From contig OZ024764.1 of assembly GCA_964016885.1 (NCBI GenBank), positions 19,964,001-20,028,000 of the forward strand: a stretch of DNA of 64,000 nucleotides, written 5' to 3'. The position numbers and the translations under genes are program-made. The notes below the pieces were generated by a model. It was not told where the DNA came from. It did not search any database and was given only the letters and a program-made list of their open reading frames with translations. This document shows positions 40,168 to 55,548 of the stretch, piece after piece (position 1 is the first letter of the stretch; every line of letters starts with the position of its first letter). The stretch is from Eledone cirrhosa. Its lineage: Eukaryota.

Positions 40168-41723
40168 CAGTGGTACCTTGATTTACGAGTGTCCCAACTA
40201 ATCGGCTGATTTTTTGCGTTGAGTTCCAGGGTAAAATTCGGGTTGCGAGTCAGCTTCAGATGCCCCGCCACTAGTTGGCATAGCGACCGCCACAGGCAAT
40301 ACCATAACACCCGCCCAGCATCCCATGGCTTCGAAGAAAGTGAGGGCGAAGGACAGTTCTGAGAAGAAGAAGCAGATGATGTGTATTGAATTAAAGAAAG
40401 AAATTATAGAAAAACATGACCAAGGTGTGTGTAGTGGACTTGGTGAAGTAGTACGAGTGATGAAACAGAACTTTTTTGGAAGAAGATGCCACGGAGGACT
40501 TATATAATGGCAGAGGAGAAGAGGTTGCCTGGCCACAAACCCATAAAGGATAGGCTAACCCTCGCACTGTGCCAATGTGAGCGGTGACTGTAAGATTAAG
40601 TTGCCGCTCGTTTATCATTCAGACAATTCCAGAGTCTGAAAGAAAAATTGCAGGTTATGTGGAGGGCAAACCCGAGGACATGGGTCACAAGGCAGTTCTT
40701 TGTGGAGTGGGTGAATTTGGTCTTTGGTCCTGACGTTAAAAAATATCTCCAGGAAAATAACCTACCCCTGCAAACCTTCTTGTTTTGGACAATACACCTG
40801 CTCACCAACCTAACCTCGAAGAGTTCAAGTTTATAAAGGTCCTCTACCTTCCACCAAACACCACCCCTAACCTACAGACCAAGGACCAGCAGGTACTTTC
40901 TAATTTCAAGAAGCTCTTCACCAACCACCTGTTCAGTCGCTGCTTTGAAGTGACGGGGAGCACAAACCTCACCCTTGAGAGGTCTGGAAGGACCATTATA
41001 ACATCGTGATATACCTCAGAATTATCGATATGACCTGGCAGGGTCTTACAAAGAGGACCTTGACCTCTACATGGAAGAAGCTGTGGCCTGAAGTTGTGTT
41101 TAAAACAGACTTTGAAAGACTGGAACCCGAAGCGGTAGTGGTTGAGGAGATTGTACCCCTCGGTAAGTCCATGGGCCTGGACATGGATGAAGGTGACATC
41201 AACGAGCTCATCGAGGAGCACTCCGAGGAGATGACAACGAAGGAATTAAAGGAGCTACAGACACAGCAACACACGGAGTTTTTGCAGGAAATAGGTGAGA
41301 TGAAACAAACCTTATTAGACAGGTTTTTATTGAAAATCCCTGCAGATAAAAGTGAGGAACGTGTGGCGAAAAGGGCAAAAATCAGCGAATAAGATTCAGT
41401 TATTCAGTTCATCCTTTCTCCTCCGTCAACATCCTCAAGTCGTCTGATCTCCAAGATAGATGCTGTACATTATACTTAATAAAACCAGTTTATTGTAGTA
41501 CATTCTATTGTATTGTTTTTTATATACAATATTTGTCTTTTATAAGTACATTTTTCTTATTTAAAAACACGTAACAAAACAAACTGTGGTTTTTTGGGGG
41601 GTCTGGAACGGATTAATGGCTTTTTATTTTATTTCAGTGGGGAAAATTGATTTGACATACGAGTAATTTAAGTAACGAGGTCCTCCACGGAACAAATTAA
41701 ACTCATAAGTCAAGGTACAACAG
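40168..41723 (+). mobile_element. Tigger/pogo copy B, internally deleted
   Basis: TA|CAGTGGTACCTTGA left TIR; most of the HTH region is deleted near 40458. Confidence 0.9.
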
Positions 41724-43874
41724 TGTGTGTATATATATATATATATGAAGGAACGATCGACTTTCGTCAAATCGGACCGAGGAAGCAATGTTTCCATTGG
41801 TCTTTCCAATTGCTAGTACTATCGGTCGCAATTCCAGGTAGAAGGAACAACGTGAAATAAAGTGTCTTGCTCAAGGTCATAACGCATCGCCTGGTCCAGG
41901 AATCGAACTCACAACCTCAAGATATATATATATATATATATAAATGAAGAATATAGAAATTATTGTAGCAAAAAGCCAACAGTATTCCATTTCATTTGAG
42001 TTTGAGTCCATGCTCAGGCCAAGTCGAAGACTCCACCCATTATATATATGTATATATATATATATATAGTATAAAAGAGAAAACACAGGTAAGCATTAAG
42101 AGAAGGATTTTATCCAGGTATTTACGACCATTTCATTGGTAAGTGCAACCTTATATTTCTATCCTGCAAATAGCAGCCACTCAATTATAATTGTTGTTCA
42201 CAGTCCAAATTTTCAAAATAGTAAGTTACTCTTGAAATAATTCTTAATATATAGAGAAAAACATTTATTTGGAATTGTATTTACTAGTATAGAGAGAGAG
42301 AGGAATCAGAAGGTGAGGGGACAGACGGAATAGTATAGAGAGAGAGGAAGGTGGAAGAGGTAGGAAGTAGAGTGACAAACTGAGATGGAGGGAGGGGTAG
42401 AGGTGGCAGGATTCTTTGGTCAGTTTTGATAGCAGACTTCATGTCGTGGAATGTAGTGAGTTAAAGAGAATTAAATTGATCATTTTTGGAGAGATGGATA
42501 TATATAAATATATAGTTAAATATTAGACAGGAACAAAAAACAGAGGCAGTGCAAATGGTAGTTTATACCGAGAGAGAGACAGACAAACACATCTATACCC
42601 CTACTACAGTAAAACATAAAACGTAAGGGGAGACAACTCTCGTTACATCCACCCTTCTTTTTGATATACGTCTTTTAAATACTTTGTTCAATGGAATCTG
42701 CTTTATTTTGTGTCCTAAGTAGATTTCTGTTTAAGTATTTACGAGATTCACAATGATTCACGTAACCAAGTTACTTACATAGAGATATATTTCACATAGA
42801 ATCACAACAAATGAAAATATTAAGTCAACACTCTGTCAATCAGTCTCACATCACATGGGGTGCCGGAGTCTCCTTCTAATACTTTCTGAGACAGTCTTAC
42901 CTCGAGTGATAGCAAGGCTAAGATGTTGGAACTACCAAACACCCTCATATGTATCACCTGACACCTCGGTAAGGAGAGCTGCCAACGATAACAAGAACCT
43001 CGTTGTCAGGGACCTATCTCCTCCAAACTTCTCCAACACCACAGACTAGAATATTCTACTCTTTATTCCCTATCAAATATATTTCAGTCTAGTCATTTGT
43101 CTTGTATCTTGTATATATATTTTCAAAACTAACTGTCACATTTGTGAGACCCCAGTTAGTGATGTTTTCGTCTCCCTCCCACATCCTACATGCTGTAGTA
43201 AAAGTGAGGGTCACTGCTTCTGTAGACGAACGAAATAAAAGCTAAACTACCAGTAATTATCGGCAAAGTATTTATTCCAGTCTGTGATGTTTGAGAAGCT
43301 GGGCTGCTGACAACGAAGTTGTTGTCACTGTTGGCAGCTGGCTTTACCGAAGTACCCGATGACTCTTGTGAGGGTACTTAGCTGTTCTGGCGGTTTAGCC
43401 TCCACATGACCCGATCTTACCGAAGTACCCGGTGATCTCTGTCAGCGTACTTAGCTGTTCTGGCGGTTTAGCCCCCATATGACCCAATCTTACCGACATA
43501 CCCGGGGATCTCTGTCAGGGTACTCGATTGATCCAGCACCCTACTATTTCTACCAACAGGTTATATCGAGGTATCAAGTGATACTCTTTTCAAGTCAAGA
43601 CCTCCTCTGCTGTCCTCTGTCTTCCAACTGCCCTGTTATTCTACAGACTCACGAAAGTGGACACCATCTGAAGGAGAGAGTGGTTGGTGTAGTGGTCATC
43701 GCTGGCTATTGTCCGAGTGACACAGGTAAAATACACTACCTAGACTGAGGTAAAACGTCTACCGTCCATTCCTCACCACCAACACCTTACTTTCTCTATT
43801 TTAATTACATTTACTGTTTTCAACTTCATTTTTTTATTACAAACTTTACATAATTTAATTCGGTAAAAATATTT

Positions 43875-43977
43875 TTACGTCACGAAAAAAACATTGAAGC
43901 ATGCGCAGTGGTGCAGTTGTCGACTTCCTGTCCACGTGTTAGTCTTCCTACAACATTTAGAAAACATTTCTGTAAAT
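43875..43977 (+). promoter_or_regulatory. Candidate ZNF promoter / first exon for gene C
   Basis: Same four-motif cluster as 27798-27902. Confidence 0.5.
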
Positions 43978-45099
43978 ACTAAACACCTGAGACTATAATG
44001 TAAGTATTATGTCTATTAATATTGTAGATTTAAGCTCACTTTTCACATCACAAATATATATTTTCTTGTTTGTTTCATTACTGGAAATATAAAATGTTAT
44101 CGTAATTATCTATATTTTACCTACCTCTAATTAATTAAAGTGAAAACTTTTGTTGTTGCTGAAAAATAAATTAACAAAACTAAATATTTAAATATTCTAA
44201 AGGTCGTTTTTATATTATGTGATGATATAATTAATATATTTTATTACAATTGTATAAATTTACAGTAGAATAACGTTGTAAATATGTTTTAAATATATAC
44301 ATAAATAACATAAGTGTGTAAATAACATTATAAATTGCTGGCAATTCCTTGAGAAAGACATTACAAATATATTGTCTAAACTGTGTATAATAATATAATT
44401 TATTGAACAATAATGATAAAGGAAAGAAAAACACAGAGGGAGATGGCAATTGACCACCAAACGAGGTAAACATTTTCAACTTTCCCCTTTTTTTGCTTTG
44501 TCTGAGACAACTCAAAATATTCTTCAAGGAACTGGATTTTCCATTCGGTTGGATCGAACGGATTTTACCATTTATAATCTACGGAGAGGAATAACAGATG
44601 TTCGGAGGAAAAAAGAATTGTTTGTGGCAACAACGTAGGGAACCAACCTGGAGCAATTGTATCACACAATTATACTTTCCTCCTTAACATACACTTACAA
44701 TTTTTCAAAATCAAACCCCCCAAATATAAAATATAAATAATTATAAATGGCGAGGAACCATCCCATCTCCCTCTTGAAATAACCTGAATCTATTTATAGT
44801 CAGGTGTGACTGAAAGGTCAATCCATACTTCCATTCTATTTCACAGAATTAGAAGCTTTGACCACTTGATAGAATTCAGGTCCAGTAATGTAATCACTCC
44901 GTAATTGTAAACATCTTGTATCACTATCATTCAGGTTTTGATTTTACTTAAGTCTTGCCCATGTTTTTTTTTTTTTTTTCTTTTTTACACAAACTCACAA
45001 TTTCGGTTTTTACTGCGGATTTACCCATGCGAACTATTACACAAACTCACAGCCTTAGATTTTGTATTTCTAGCGTTTTTATTTTCCTTCTCTTTGCAT

Positions 45100-48000
45100 G
45101 TTCAGTGCTCTTTCTCTCCCACTGTATTTACCTGCCTCTCACATGACCACACTCCTCTCCACGCACTCATCATCTTCTCACTCCTTCTCCACCTTCCATC
45201 CCTCCCCTTGCGCAACCCTTACTTTCTCCTCGCGCACAGCCCACCTAGGTATTCGTTCAACCCACCGGTGGCCCGATGTTTCGACCGAACTATTACCGGC
45301 AATTGCCGATTGCTAAAGTTGCCACCACTTTAACCTAGTCCACTCTAGGTGGCGGTGGCATGCGTTGAACGACCAAGAGACCTGCTTGGTGGAACGACTA
45401 TGTGACAACCGGTCAGCCTTCGACCTCTCATTCTCCACCAACTGCAGCACGCACGAGAGGAGCTAACTTGACCCCACCTACCCCTCCTCTCCTTCACGGC
45501 AGATTCCGAACGAATCCAACCCGGCCAACCACACCACCCCTACAACTGTTAGCTCACCACCCAACCTCCGCTTTAGTCCCACCGTTAGAACCACTGCTGT
45601 CTCCTTTACTGACTCACTCCCTTCACTGAATTCCAACGCTGGCCCTCTACTGCCGGCTGTTGCCAGCCCGCCACCTGATTGCGCCCTCTGTGCTCGCACT
45701 AACCAGTACTTAAAGACAATTAAATGTCACCTATGCCACGCAAGCTACCACAGAAGCTGTGTCGGCATCACCAAAGCTCAAGCCGAAAGGCTTCAACACT
45801 GGACCTGTCATCGGTGCCACTTCAGCTCCGACTATTCCGTGGGGATGACCAACACTCTACCGACGACTTTGCCACAACCCCCCAGGGCTTCTCCAAATCA
45901 AAGCTCGTTAACCGGACCCTTAAGGGAGCTCGGAACAGCTTTGCAGGTGCCCTCTCTAATTTACTGAAAAACGTTTGCTCGTCCAACAATAGACTGGCAG
46001 AAATTGTTTTTGTTTCCCCTCATCTCTCTTCACGTGCACAATGCGAACTCGGGTTCCCTCAAGTCCTCTCTCAAGCGGCAGTTCCAGCTGTTTGAGTCCA
46101 CCCCAACCACGTCTCATCTCAGTTCGTCTCCGAGCTCGGTGTCCACCAACAGACAACCGGTAGACCTCAAGCGATCCGTCAATGCCAAATTCACCGAATT
46201 TGACATTAAAGGGGCTGTCCTCCCTTGCTCTATGCAACTCTGACTCTCGTGAGCGTCTGAAAGAGAAGCACCCCCAGATGATCAGCAACACTGGCCCGAA
46301 CCACCAGAATACTTGAGACCGGTTTACACCATCAATATCATCAGAAAGGCGATTTCATCCTTCCCCGCTGGGTCAGGCGCGGGAATTGACGTCCTTCGTC
46401 CTCAACACCTCAAGGATGGTATCTCCTTATCGGCCGGTGATGCCGGACTCGAGCTCTTGGAGAGTCTGACTCAGTTTGTGAATCAGTGAACGTTCTCCCG
46501 TTCATCCGCCCACTGTTCTTCGGTGCGAAGCTATTTGGTCTCACCAAGCCCAACGGGGACCTGCGCCGCATTGCGGTTGGCTGCACACCTCGCCGCCTCA
46601 CTGCAAAGGCGTGATTGCTGTTGGTCTCCAACCCACTGGCGGAGGAATTTTCCCCCATCCAGCTGTGGGTGGGTACCAGGTTGGGATGTGTGGCTGCTGT
46701 CCACGCTGCCAGAACATTTGCCAACTTGCCCTCCTCATCCCCCAAGGTCATCCTCAAACTTGACCTCAGGAATGCCTTCAACTCCGTCAGCCGTAACATC
46801 GTCCTCGGCTCAGTAAGAGAGAGGGTCCCACAACTCTACCACTTTGCTTGGCAGGCTTATCGGGAGCCCTCCTACCTCTCTTTCAGTAACCAGATCATCA
46901 CCTCTGCCTCAGGAGTCCAACAGGGTGACCCACTCGGGACTCCCCCCCGCACTGGACATTGATGACATCACCAAGATGGGGGCTGAGTTGGAACTCAATG
47001 TCTGGTAGCTCGACGACGCCTGTTTGGGGGGAACTCCAGATATGGTTCTCGCCACTGCCAACAGGATGGTGGAGGAGCTTGGCGCCGGGGTCTCCAGATC
47101 AATAGCTCCAAATGTGAGCTCTGGATCCTCAACCACCCGGCTTCTTAACACCAACAGCTGATCGACCTGTTCGCAGAGTCCTTCCCTTCTATCACGGTCC
47201 CTCCTCCGTCAGCTTGGTGCTCCTTAGGAGCCCCGATCACAGACCTGGCCTTCGGGTCAACCATCCAATCGAAGATGGTTGGCCTTGAGCAGCTGCTGAG
47301 GAATATTGAAGATATCGAACGCCATCAAGGTTTCTTCTTACTCAGGAACTACCTGTCTATTCCTAAGCTTCTGTATCTGCTCAGGGTCAGCCCCTCTCAC
47401 AGATTTCCATCCTGCCTCCAACGCTTCGACGACCTAATCTTCGAGAGACTCGAGTGTCTGGTAAATGTTAGTAAGTGTTCGTCCCTCTCTCTCCCCTGCT
47501 TCCTTTCCTCCACCCAAGCTTGCAGCATCCTCTCCTCTCCAACATGGACTAGTTCCAACAGGGAGTTGTGTGAAGCTCTCCAGCAATGGAGTGAGTTGGG
47601 CTTGTCTCTTCCTGAGAAGGTGGAGGACAGTCGAAGTCAGAGAACTTGGGACAGGATACGTTGGAATGCCATCTTCGACTCCCTCTTCGTCCCCTCAGAT
47701 CAGTCTGCAAGCGCCAGCGCCAAATACTCCGGTGACTGGGTCGATGCCTTACCCGTGGCCAACGTTGGAGGCCTACTCAGCCTGGATGAACTTTGTGTCT
47801 CCATCACCCTCAGAGTGGGAGCTGACGTCTGCATGGGTTTGAGATGTGGCTAGCTCCTCCACTCCACAGGCCTCCACGGTCTTTCTTGCCGCCTGAATGC
47901 CGGCCACTTCGCCCGTCACACGGAGCTAAACTTTATTCTGAAGAGAGCTTTGGCCCGGGCAAATATCCCCTCAGTCTTGGAACCATCTGGGTTGTCCAGA

Positions 48001-48509
48001 AGTGACGGGAAAAGACCTGACGGCCTTACCCTGTGCCCCTGGTCGAGAGGCAGGTGCTTAATCTGGGACGTCACTGTTAGTGACTCCTTTGCTCTTTCCC
48101 ACATGCTTGATGCTGCGGTAAGGACGAGAGCCACAGCTTCGGCAGCCGAGCGGAGTAAGACCCTCAAATACTCTGATCTGTCGGCCAGCTACATTTTTCA
48201 GCCTGTGGCTTTCGAGACGTTTGGGGGAGTCGGGCCGCTGACTGCGAGGTTCCTTTCCTCACTGGCGGCTCGCCTTATAGAGGTAACTGGCGAAATCGCG
48301 AGGGCGCTTGGCTGTTCCAGCACCTCAGCCTCGCCATCACCCGAGGTAACACTGCCAGTGTGCTGGCTTGTCTCAAAACTCATTAGAGAGGTTTCCCAGT
48401 ACCCCTCGTTGCTGTCTTTTGCTCTGGTGTTGGCTCCGTTGTCCACCCCTTCCTTTACATTTTCTTTAATATTGCAACATTGAAGGAATTTATCTTTCAT
48501 TGTATCATC
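45100..48509 (+). mobile_element. Decayed CRE-clade non-LTR retrotransposon (PHD finger - RT - CCHC - restriction-like endonuclease)
   Basis: SFPAGSGAGIDVLRPQHLKD, LRRIAVG, KLDLRNAFNSV, GVQQGDPLG, W*LDD, HGLSC..RH, KRPDGLT...WDVT, PVAFETFG. The 5' boundary is approximate. Confidence 0.88.
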
Positions 48510-48542
48510 CTTTATCTACAAATCTAGTCGTTTCCTGCTACT

Positions 48543-49180
48543 TTGTTCCCTGGGGTATGCCTTAGTATTTGACACCATCTATCTGTCTTACTCCCTAACT
48601 AGCAAGAAGTCAATCTGCCTCATGTGCTCACCTGATTGGTAGGTTATTAGGTGGTTGGTAGGTTTCTTGAAGTGTTGCAAATGGTTAGTTCACTTGCATC
48701 ACAAAATACAAGAAGCCTCACTCCTTCATCGTTTCTTGAGCCATAACCATGACCACCATGTACCCCAGTATATCCATCCTGGAACTGTCCAACATGACCA
48801 TTCAAGTCCCCTGCTATTATAACTAGGTCTCTGTCATTGTGGTTATCTCTACTTATTCCTTTTCTACATATGGAGCAGGGCCACTTTCCTGAAGGTGTCA
48901 GGGTCTTCTCTCCTATCCATTACCACTTTAGTTTTGGCTAAGTATATTCTCAGAACTTACCATTTCAAATTCTATATCTATAGCTGGTCATCTACATAGA
49001 GAAGTTTCCATAGACAGCCAGTCTTAAACCTCTCTGTTATGGCTTGGAGAACTATGATGAACAACAGTGGGCTAAGAACTAAACCATGATGAACTCCTAC
49101 CTGTACCTTCAATTCCTCACTAAACACACTTTACTGACAGCTTCTCACAAGCCATTCTTCTACACCTAATTTCCTGAACC
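48543..49180 (-). mobile_element. RTE LINE relic remnant, copy C
   Basis: Paralog of ~6016-6645. Confidence 0.8.
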
Positions 49181-50666
49181 CTTTAGTATATAAACTGGCC
49201 ATATCTGGCCAGAATTCTCCCACATCTTTCTGTTCAAACTGGCCGTAATTGGTCACTTATACTTATGTTAAGGTATTGTTCTCAAAATAAATAACATGAA
49301 AATCTCAGATTTGACATTATGAGAGATAAAGCATTACTGTGAAAATATAATAGTAAATATAGAGTAATGTAAATACTAAAGGGTTAATCTAATGTCACTA
49401 ATAACTACTTTTATCAGTCAGTATAATCTAATGTCACTAATAACTACTTTTATCAGTCAGTATAATCTAATGTCACTAATAACTACTTTTATCAGTCAGT
49501 TTAATCTAATGTCACTAATAACTACTTTTATCAGTCAGTATAATCTAATGTCACTAATAACTACTTTTATCAGTCAGTATAATCTAATGCCACTAATAAC
49601 TACTTTTATCAGTCAGTATAATCTAATGTCACTAATAACTACTTTTATCAGTCAGTTTAATCTAATCTCACTAATAACTACTTTTATCAGTCAGTATAAT
49701 CTACTGCCACTAATAACTAACCTATGTTAGTCAGCACATTCTTCACCAAGGAAGGCCTTAGTATTTATTACAGTCCATTTATCAATATAGAAATATTCTA
49801 TGAAATTTGTACTGATGTATTACAAGTTTCTAAGTATCTTATAATGTTCTTTTATTATTTCAGAATACCAGAGGACATTGGCATTAAAGAGCACGTTACA
49901 TCAGACATATCCTCAATATTTACCATTTCTAAAATATTACCCATCATTTTCAAATAATTTTGAAAACACTCAACACTTTGAAGGGATTTAGTAATATAAC
50001 TAAATTTCTCAGTATTAAGCTGCTATTTGGAACATAACTTAGCACAATTTCATGAAGTTACAATGGAAAGTTTTTAGATAAATATAAAGACTGATATGAA
50101 AAGGATAAAACACTTTTATATCAGTTGTTTCATCAACACCATTATTTAAAGACTAAAGGAAGCTGTTATACAGAACAGATACAACCTTGTTTATATAAAT
50201 CTATGGGAGAAATACTGTGAAATATTTCTTGTAAACTCAATAACACTTCTATTCTTCGCTGTCTGGAATATGTAGAAGATACAAAATAAAGCTGAAGAAA
50301 TGTACACATGATTTTGTAAGATCTTCATATATTGACAAAGATGATAGTAGATGGAACTACAGGAGTAGAAATATTTCCATTATTACAGGAATAACTAATC
50401 AAATGAAGACCAGAAAAATTAGATTCTTCACTGTCTGGAATATGTACAAGATGATTTTATATGTATATTAAACTTGAAGAGATCTACAAAACAGTTTGTA
50501 TCATCTTTAAATATAAAGAAAGACCAAAGTTGATGTAAATATATCTGGAGGAATATGTTTTAGGAATAATATTATAAACATAAAGAAGAAAAATATCCAT
50601 ATATTCATATATTGACAGGAGAAAAATATTAAAACTGTGAATTATGTGAGAAACTGAGGTGATTGA

Positions 50667-51632
<966 letters not shown>

Positions 51633-52209
51633 CTGTATCAATATCAAACTCATTACATCATACTACAACAACAACAATTGTGTAGATCCATCATCCTTGC
51701 TGAAACTGGGGTTAACCTTGTAGGTTTTACCTATGACAGGGATCATCAACACCAGGTTTCCATTTTTGAAGTAGTGTTTGAAGATTTTGTGTAAATTGAA
51801 GTTTTTCACATTAAACTTTGATTTATTATACTTTAACAGGTAAGATATATATTTGTATTTTTAGTAAAGGTTTGGGATCTTCTGTAATATAAACCTGCCA
51901 ATAAAATGAAAACTGTTGTTGCTAGTCAGACATTGATATTAATTCTATTGTCCTGTACATTGTCTCAAATATCACAGATTAAACAGATTTTAACAATAAC
52001 AACAGAAATCAATAATTTGTAAGCCTAATATCTAGCTTCCATTTTAACTATTTGATATTGTTGTTCCCCTCCTGTCTCTTCAGGTCTTTTAGATTTCAAC
52101 TTCTATCTACTGTACTATTCCATCACCAAGGCAACATTCATCTGGCTGGCAGCTTACATCAGCTACAGATCTCATCAGTGGTTCACAGGTGTTTTAGATT
52201 TCAACTTCT

Positions 52210-52552
52210 ATCATCATCATCATCACGGTTTTACGTCCGTTCTTCCACGCTAGCATTAGTTAGATGGATTCTCCTGTTGTGGGCAGTGTCTGGTTGGCTG
52301 ACCATGCCTTGCTCATACAGGAACTTATTTGGCTTGATTTCTACAGCTGGATGTCCTTCCTAACACCAACCTCATTTACAGTGAGTGCTGGGTGCTTTTT
52401 CGTGGCGCCTACACGTCCACTTTACAGTGTGGTGTGGGGGCATATTGTCTATATGCTTCAGCTTGTACCCATGGGAGGTCGGGTACTCTGTATTACTGCG
52501 TGACGCCAGAGGTCACGGTCGTAATACAGGGGTGTAATTGGGTAAGGTCGGC
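52210..52552 (-). mobile_element. SINE-like insertion with (GAT)n tail, specific to copy C
   Basis: (ATC)n then TTTTACGTCCG.. and CTACAGCTGGATGTCCTTCC motif. Flanked by CTTCTATC repeats inside a local ~105-bp duplication. Confidence 0.7.
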
Positions 52553-52951
52553 TTCTATCTACTGTACTATTCCATCACCAAGGCAACATTCATCTGGCTG
52601 GCAGCTTACATCAGCTACAGATCTCATCAGTGGTTCACAACAGGCTGTCTGAAAGAAACTTTCAGATATCTTCTATGTCATAGCTATCAATCTCCTCCTC
52701 CTTATCATATGTATCATGTAGAACATCTCTGAATTTATATTTAAGAGGGAGATCTTTTACTGTCCCTACCCTTTTGTTAGATTGTCTTGTACCTCTCCCA
52801 CAGTCCCTCTAGATTTTATATTTAACAGGGAGATATTTTACTATCCCTACCCTTTTCTCTAGGTTGTCTTGTACCTCTCTCACAGTCCTTCTAGATTTTA
52901 TATTTAACAGGGAGATCTTTTACTATCCCTACCCTTTATTTAGGTTGTCTT

Positions 52952-54120
52952 ACATGTGGCCGGTGCTCTGGTGCAATAAGTAGCAGCAAGTGCCCACAAA
53001 ATACTAGCTCTTTCAACTGCGCAGAGGGTTCTATAGAAATAGTGGACAGCTTCCGTTACCTGGGTGACAAAATCAGCAGTGGGGGAGGGTGCTCCGAAAG
53101 TACAGTAGCTAGAGTCAGAACTGGATGGAAAAAGTTCAGAGAGCTTATACCACTATTAGCCGCTAAAGGGTTCTCCCTAAAAATGAAAGGCAGGTTGTAT
53201 GATGCCTGCATACGAACAGCAATGTTGCATGGCAGTGAGACCTGGGCATTGTGTGCAGAGGATATATGCAGACTAGAGAGAAACGAAGCTTGCATGCTCC
53301 GCTGGATGTGTAATAGTAATATACGCGAACGGCAAAGCATAAACAAACTAAGGAAAAAATTAGAAATAAGAGGGATCAGATGTTGTTTACTCGAGAGAAG
53401 GCTACGTTGGTATGGTCACGTGATGCGCATGAAAGACGACAGCTGTATAGCAAAGTGCAGGGCAATAAAGATAGACGGTAACCACGGAGTAGGCAGACCC
53501 AGAAAAACCTGGGACGAGCTGATAAATTCCGACCTCACACACTTACACCTCTCCAAGACAATGTCACTGGACTGAGAGCTTTGACGGTACTCAGTAATAG
53601 AGAAGACCCGCCTTACCTAAATACAAAGTAAAACCTACTACAGTCAGTAGGCATCTCTAACAAAATACACCCCGTCCCACCACCCCCACCCCATCCACAC
53701 CGCCCCTTTCAATGTAAAGTTATGTTGGTGCCACAAAATCCAGGCCGAAACGAATGAGATCGTGTAGGTCTCACGACAAAAAAAAACGCAGTCCACGCTG
53801 TAATATGACCGTGTAGGCAACACGGTAAAAACCTCCCAGTCCCACACTGTAAATGTGGTTGGTGTTAGGAAGGGCATCCAACTGTAGAAAACCAGCCAGA
53901 CAGTCCACGCTGTAATGTGGCCGTGTAGGCAACACAGTAAAAACCTCCCAGCCCCACACTGTAAATGTGGTTGGTGTTAGGAAGGGCATCCAACTGTAGA
54001 AAACCCGCCAGACAGTCCTATGCGAGCAAGACAACCACTCTTGCCTCAAGTGGGAAAACTCCCGTCCAAACCCATGCAAGCATGGAACATGGACGTTAAA
54101 CGGTGATGATGATGATGATG
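52952..54120 (+). mobile_element. RTE 3' fragment plus SINE-like element inserted in the 82-bp minisatellite
   Basis: SFRYLG...MLHGSETW...RLRWYGHV..GRPRKTW, followed by AGGAAGGGCATCCAACTGTAGAAA twice and a (GAT)n tail. Confidence 0.85.
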
Positions 54121-54685
54121 TCTTGTACCTCTCTCACAGTCCCTCTAGATCTTATATTTAACAGGGTGATATTTTACTATCTCTACCCTTTTCTCTAGGT
54201 TGTATTGAGCCTCTCTCACAGTCCCTGTAGATTTTATATTAAACAGGGAGATGTTTTACTGTCCCTACCCTTTTCTCTAGGTTGTCTTGTACCTCTCACA
54301 GTCCCTGTAGATCTTATATTTAACAGGGAGATCTTTTACTCTCCAACCCTTCTATCTCCAGATAGTCTTGTATCTGTCAGTCCCTCTAGATCTTACACCT
54401 AGTATCTAGTCTATTTTGAGTGGTACGTCCTTCTCCAGTAAAGGAGTTAATATTCCCAACCATCTGTCTATCCTGTTTTCTGATGAGAATGAAGTCAATC
54501 TAGTTTATCTCTTCACCTGATTGAAGTAACTAGATCAAGTAACTAGATGTTTTCCTGTAAGTTAGTGTTGCAGTGTTTGTGTCACCATGTAAGGTTTATA
54601 TCTATTAATATAGAGATGTAGTAAAGTTTTCACTGTTGTATCTCTATTTTCTAAATATCTTAATAATGTTTCTCTACTATTTCAG

Positions 54686-55053
54686 AATATCACATGACCT
54701 TGACAGAAAAGAGTCTTTTAAAGACAACAGAAAGATGTTACATACAAGTGATATAAACTTGTTTAGTCTGTGGTGAATTATGGTGAAATATTTCTTCTGA
54801 ATTGAGATAAATAACAACATTTTCCTTTTTCACTGTCTGGAATATTTACAAGATGATTTTACATTCTGATTGAACTTTGGATATTTACAAAGGAGTTTTC
54901 AAAATATTTGGATATTGACAAAGATCACATTTGATAAAATTATGAACAATAGAAATATTTACATCAACATAGGAATATTTTCCAGAAGAGATGGGAAAAT
55001 CACAATACCACTGTAATATTTGTGGTAAAGTATTCTCTCTTCTTTATATGTAG
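54686..55053 (+). pseudogene. Vestigial ZNF exon, copy C
   Basis: ATG at 54991 giving MGKSQYHCNICGKVFS. Confidence 0.7.
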
Positions 55054-55181
55054 AACATCTAACTAAACACTTTAACTAACAAACTATTGTGCTATAGAAT
55101 TGACAAACTTGAAGAATGTTTAATAAATGTTACAGATTTCTCCAAACTGTCGTTTACTAACTTTAATTTGAAGCTATATTA

Positions 55182-55548
55182 TCTATATACTACTAAAACT
55201 GTGATTGTGTCTTGTCTGTAATTTAATACAGCTAAAACAGTGCATAATGGGGAAATACTTTGAAAAGAATAAAACAAGTTTTGTATAAATTGGGGCACAG
55301 GTTCCCAAGATACGGGGATTTCTGGGTACCTTGATAAATATAGGGAGAGAAAGAGATAGTGGTTGTGAGAGAGAGGGAGCTGGTGGTGTTGTTTAATTAA
55401 ATATGTGTGTGTATATATATATATATATAAACGTATGTGTATAGATATATATACGTATGTATATTTTAACTATTTAAAAACTATTTTTAAATGACTTTTA
55501 AAAAATAGTTTTAAGGGAACGTGACCCAACAGGTCCCGGGTGGTCTAG
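55182..55548 (+). mobile_element. Helitron-like element, copy C
   Basis: A|TC...CTAG|T. Confidence 0.75.

Larger units (their letters stand above)
28163..44237 (+). repeat. ZNF cassette copy B
   Basis: Colinear with copy A except for the listed indels. Confidence 0.9.
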
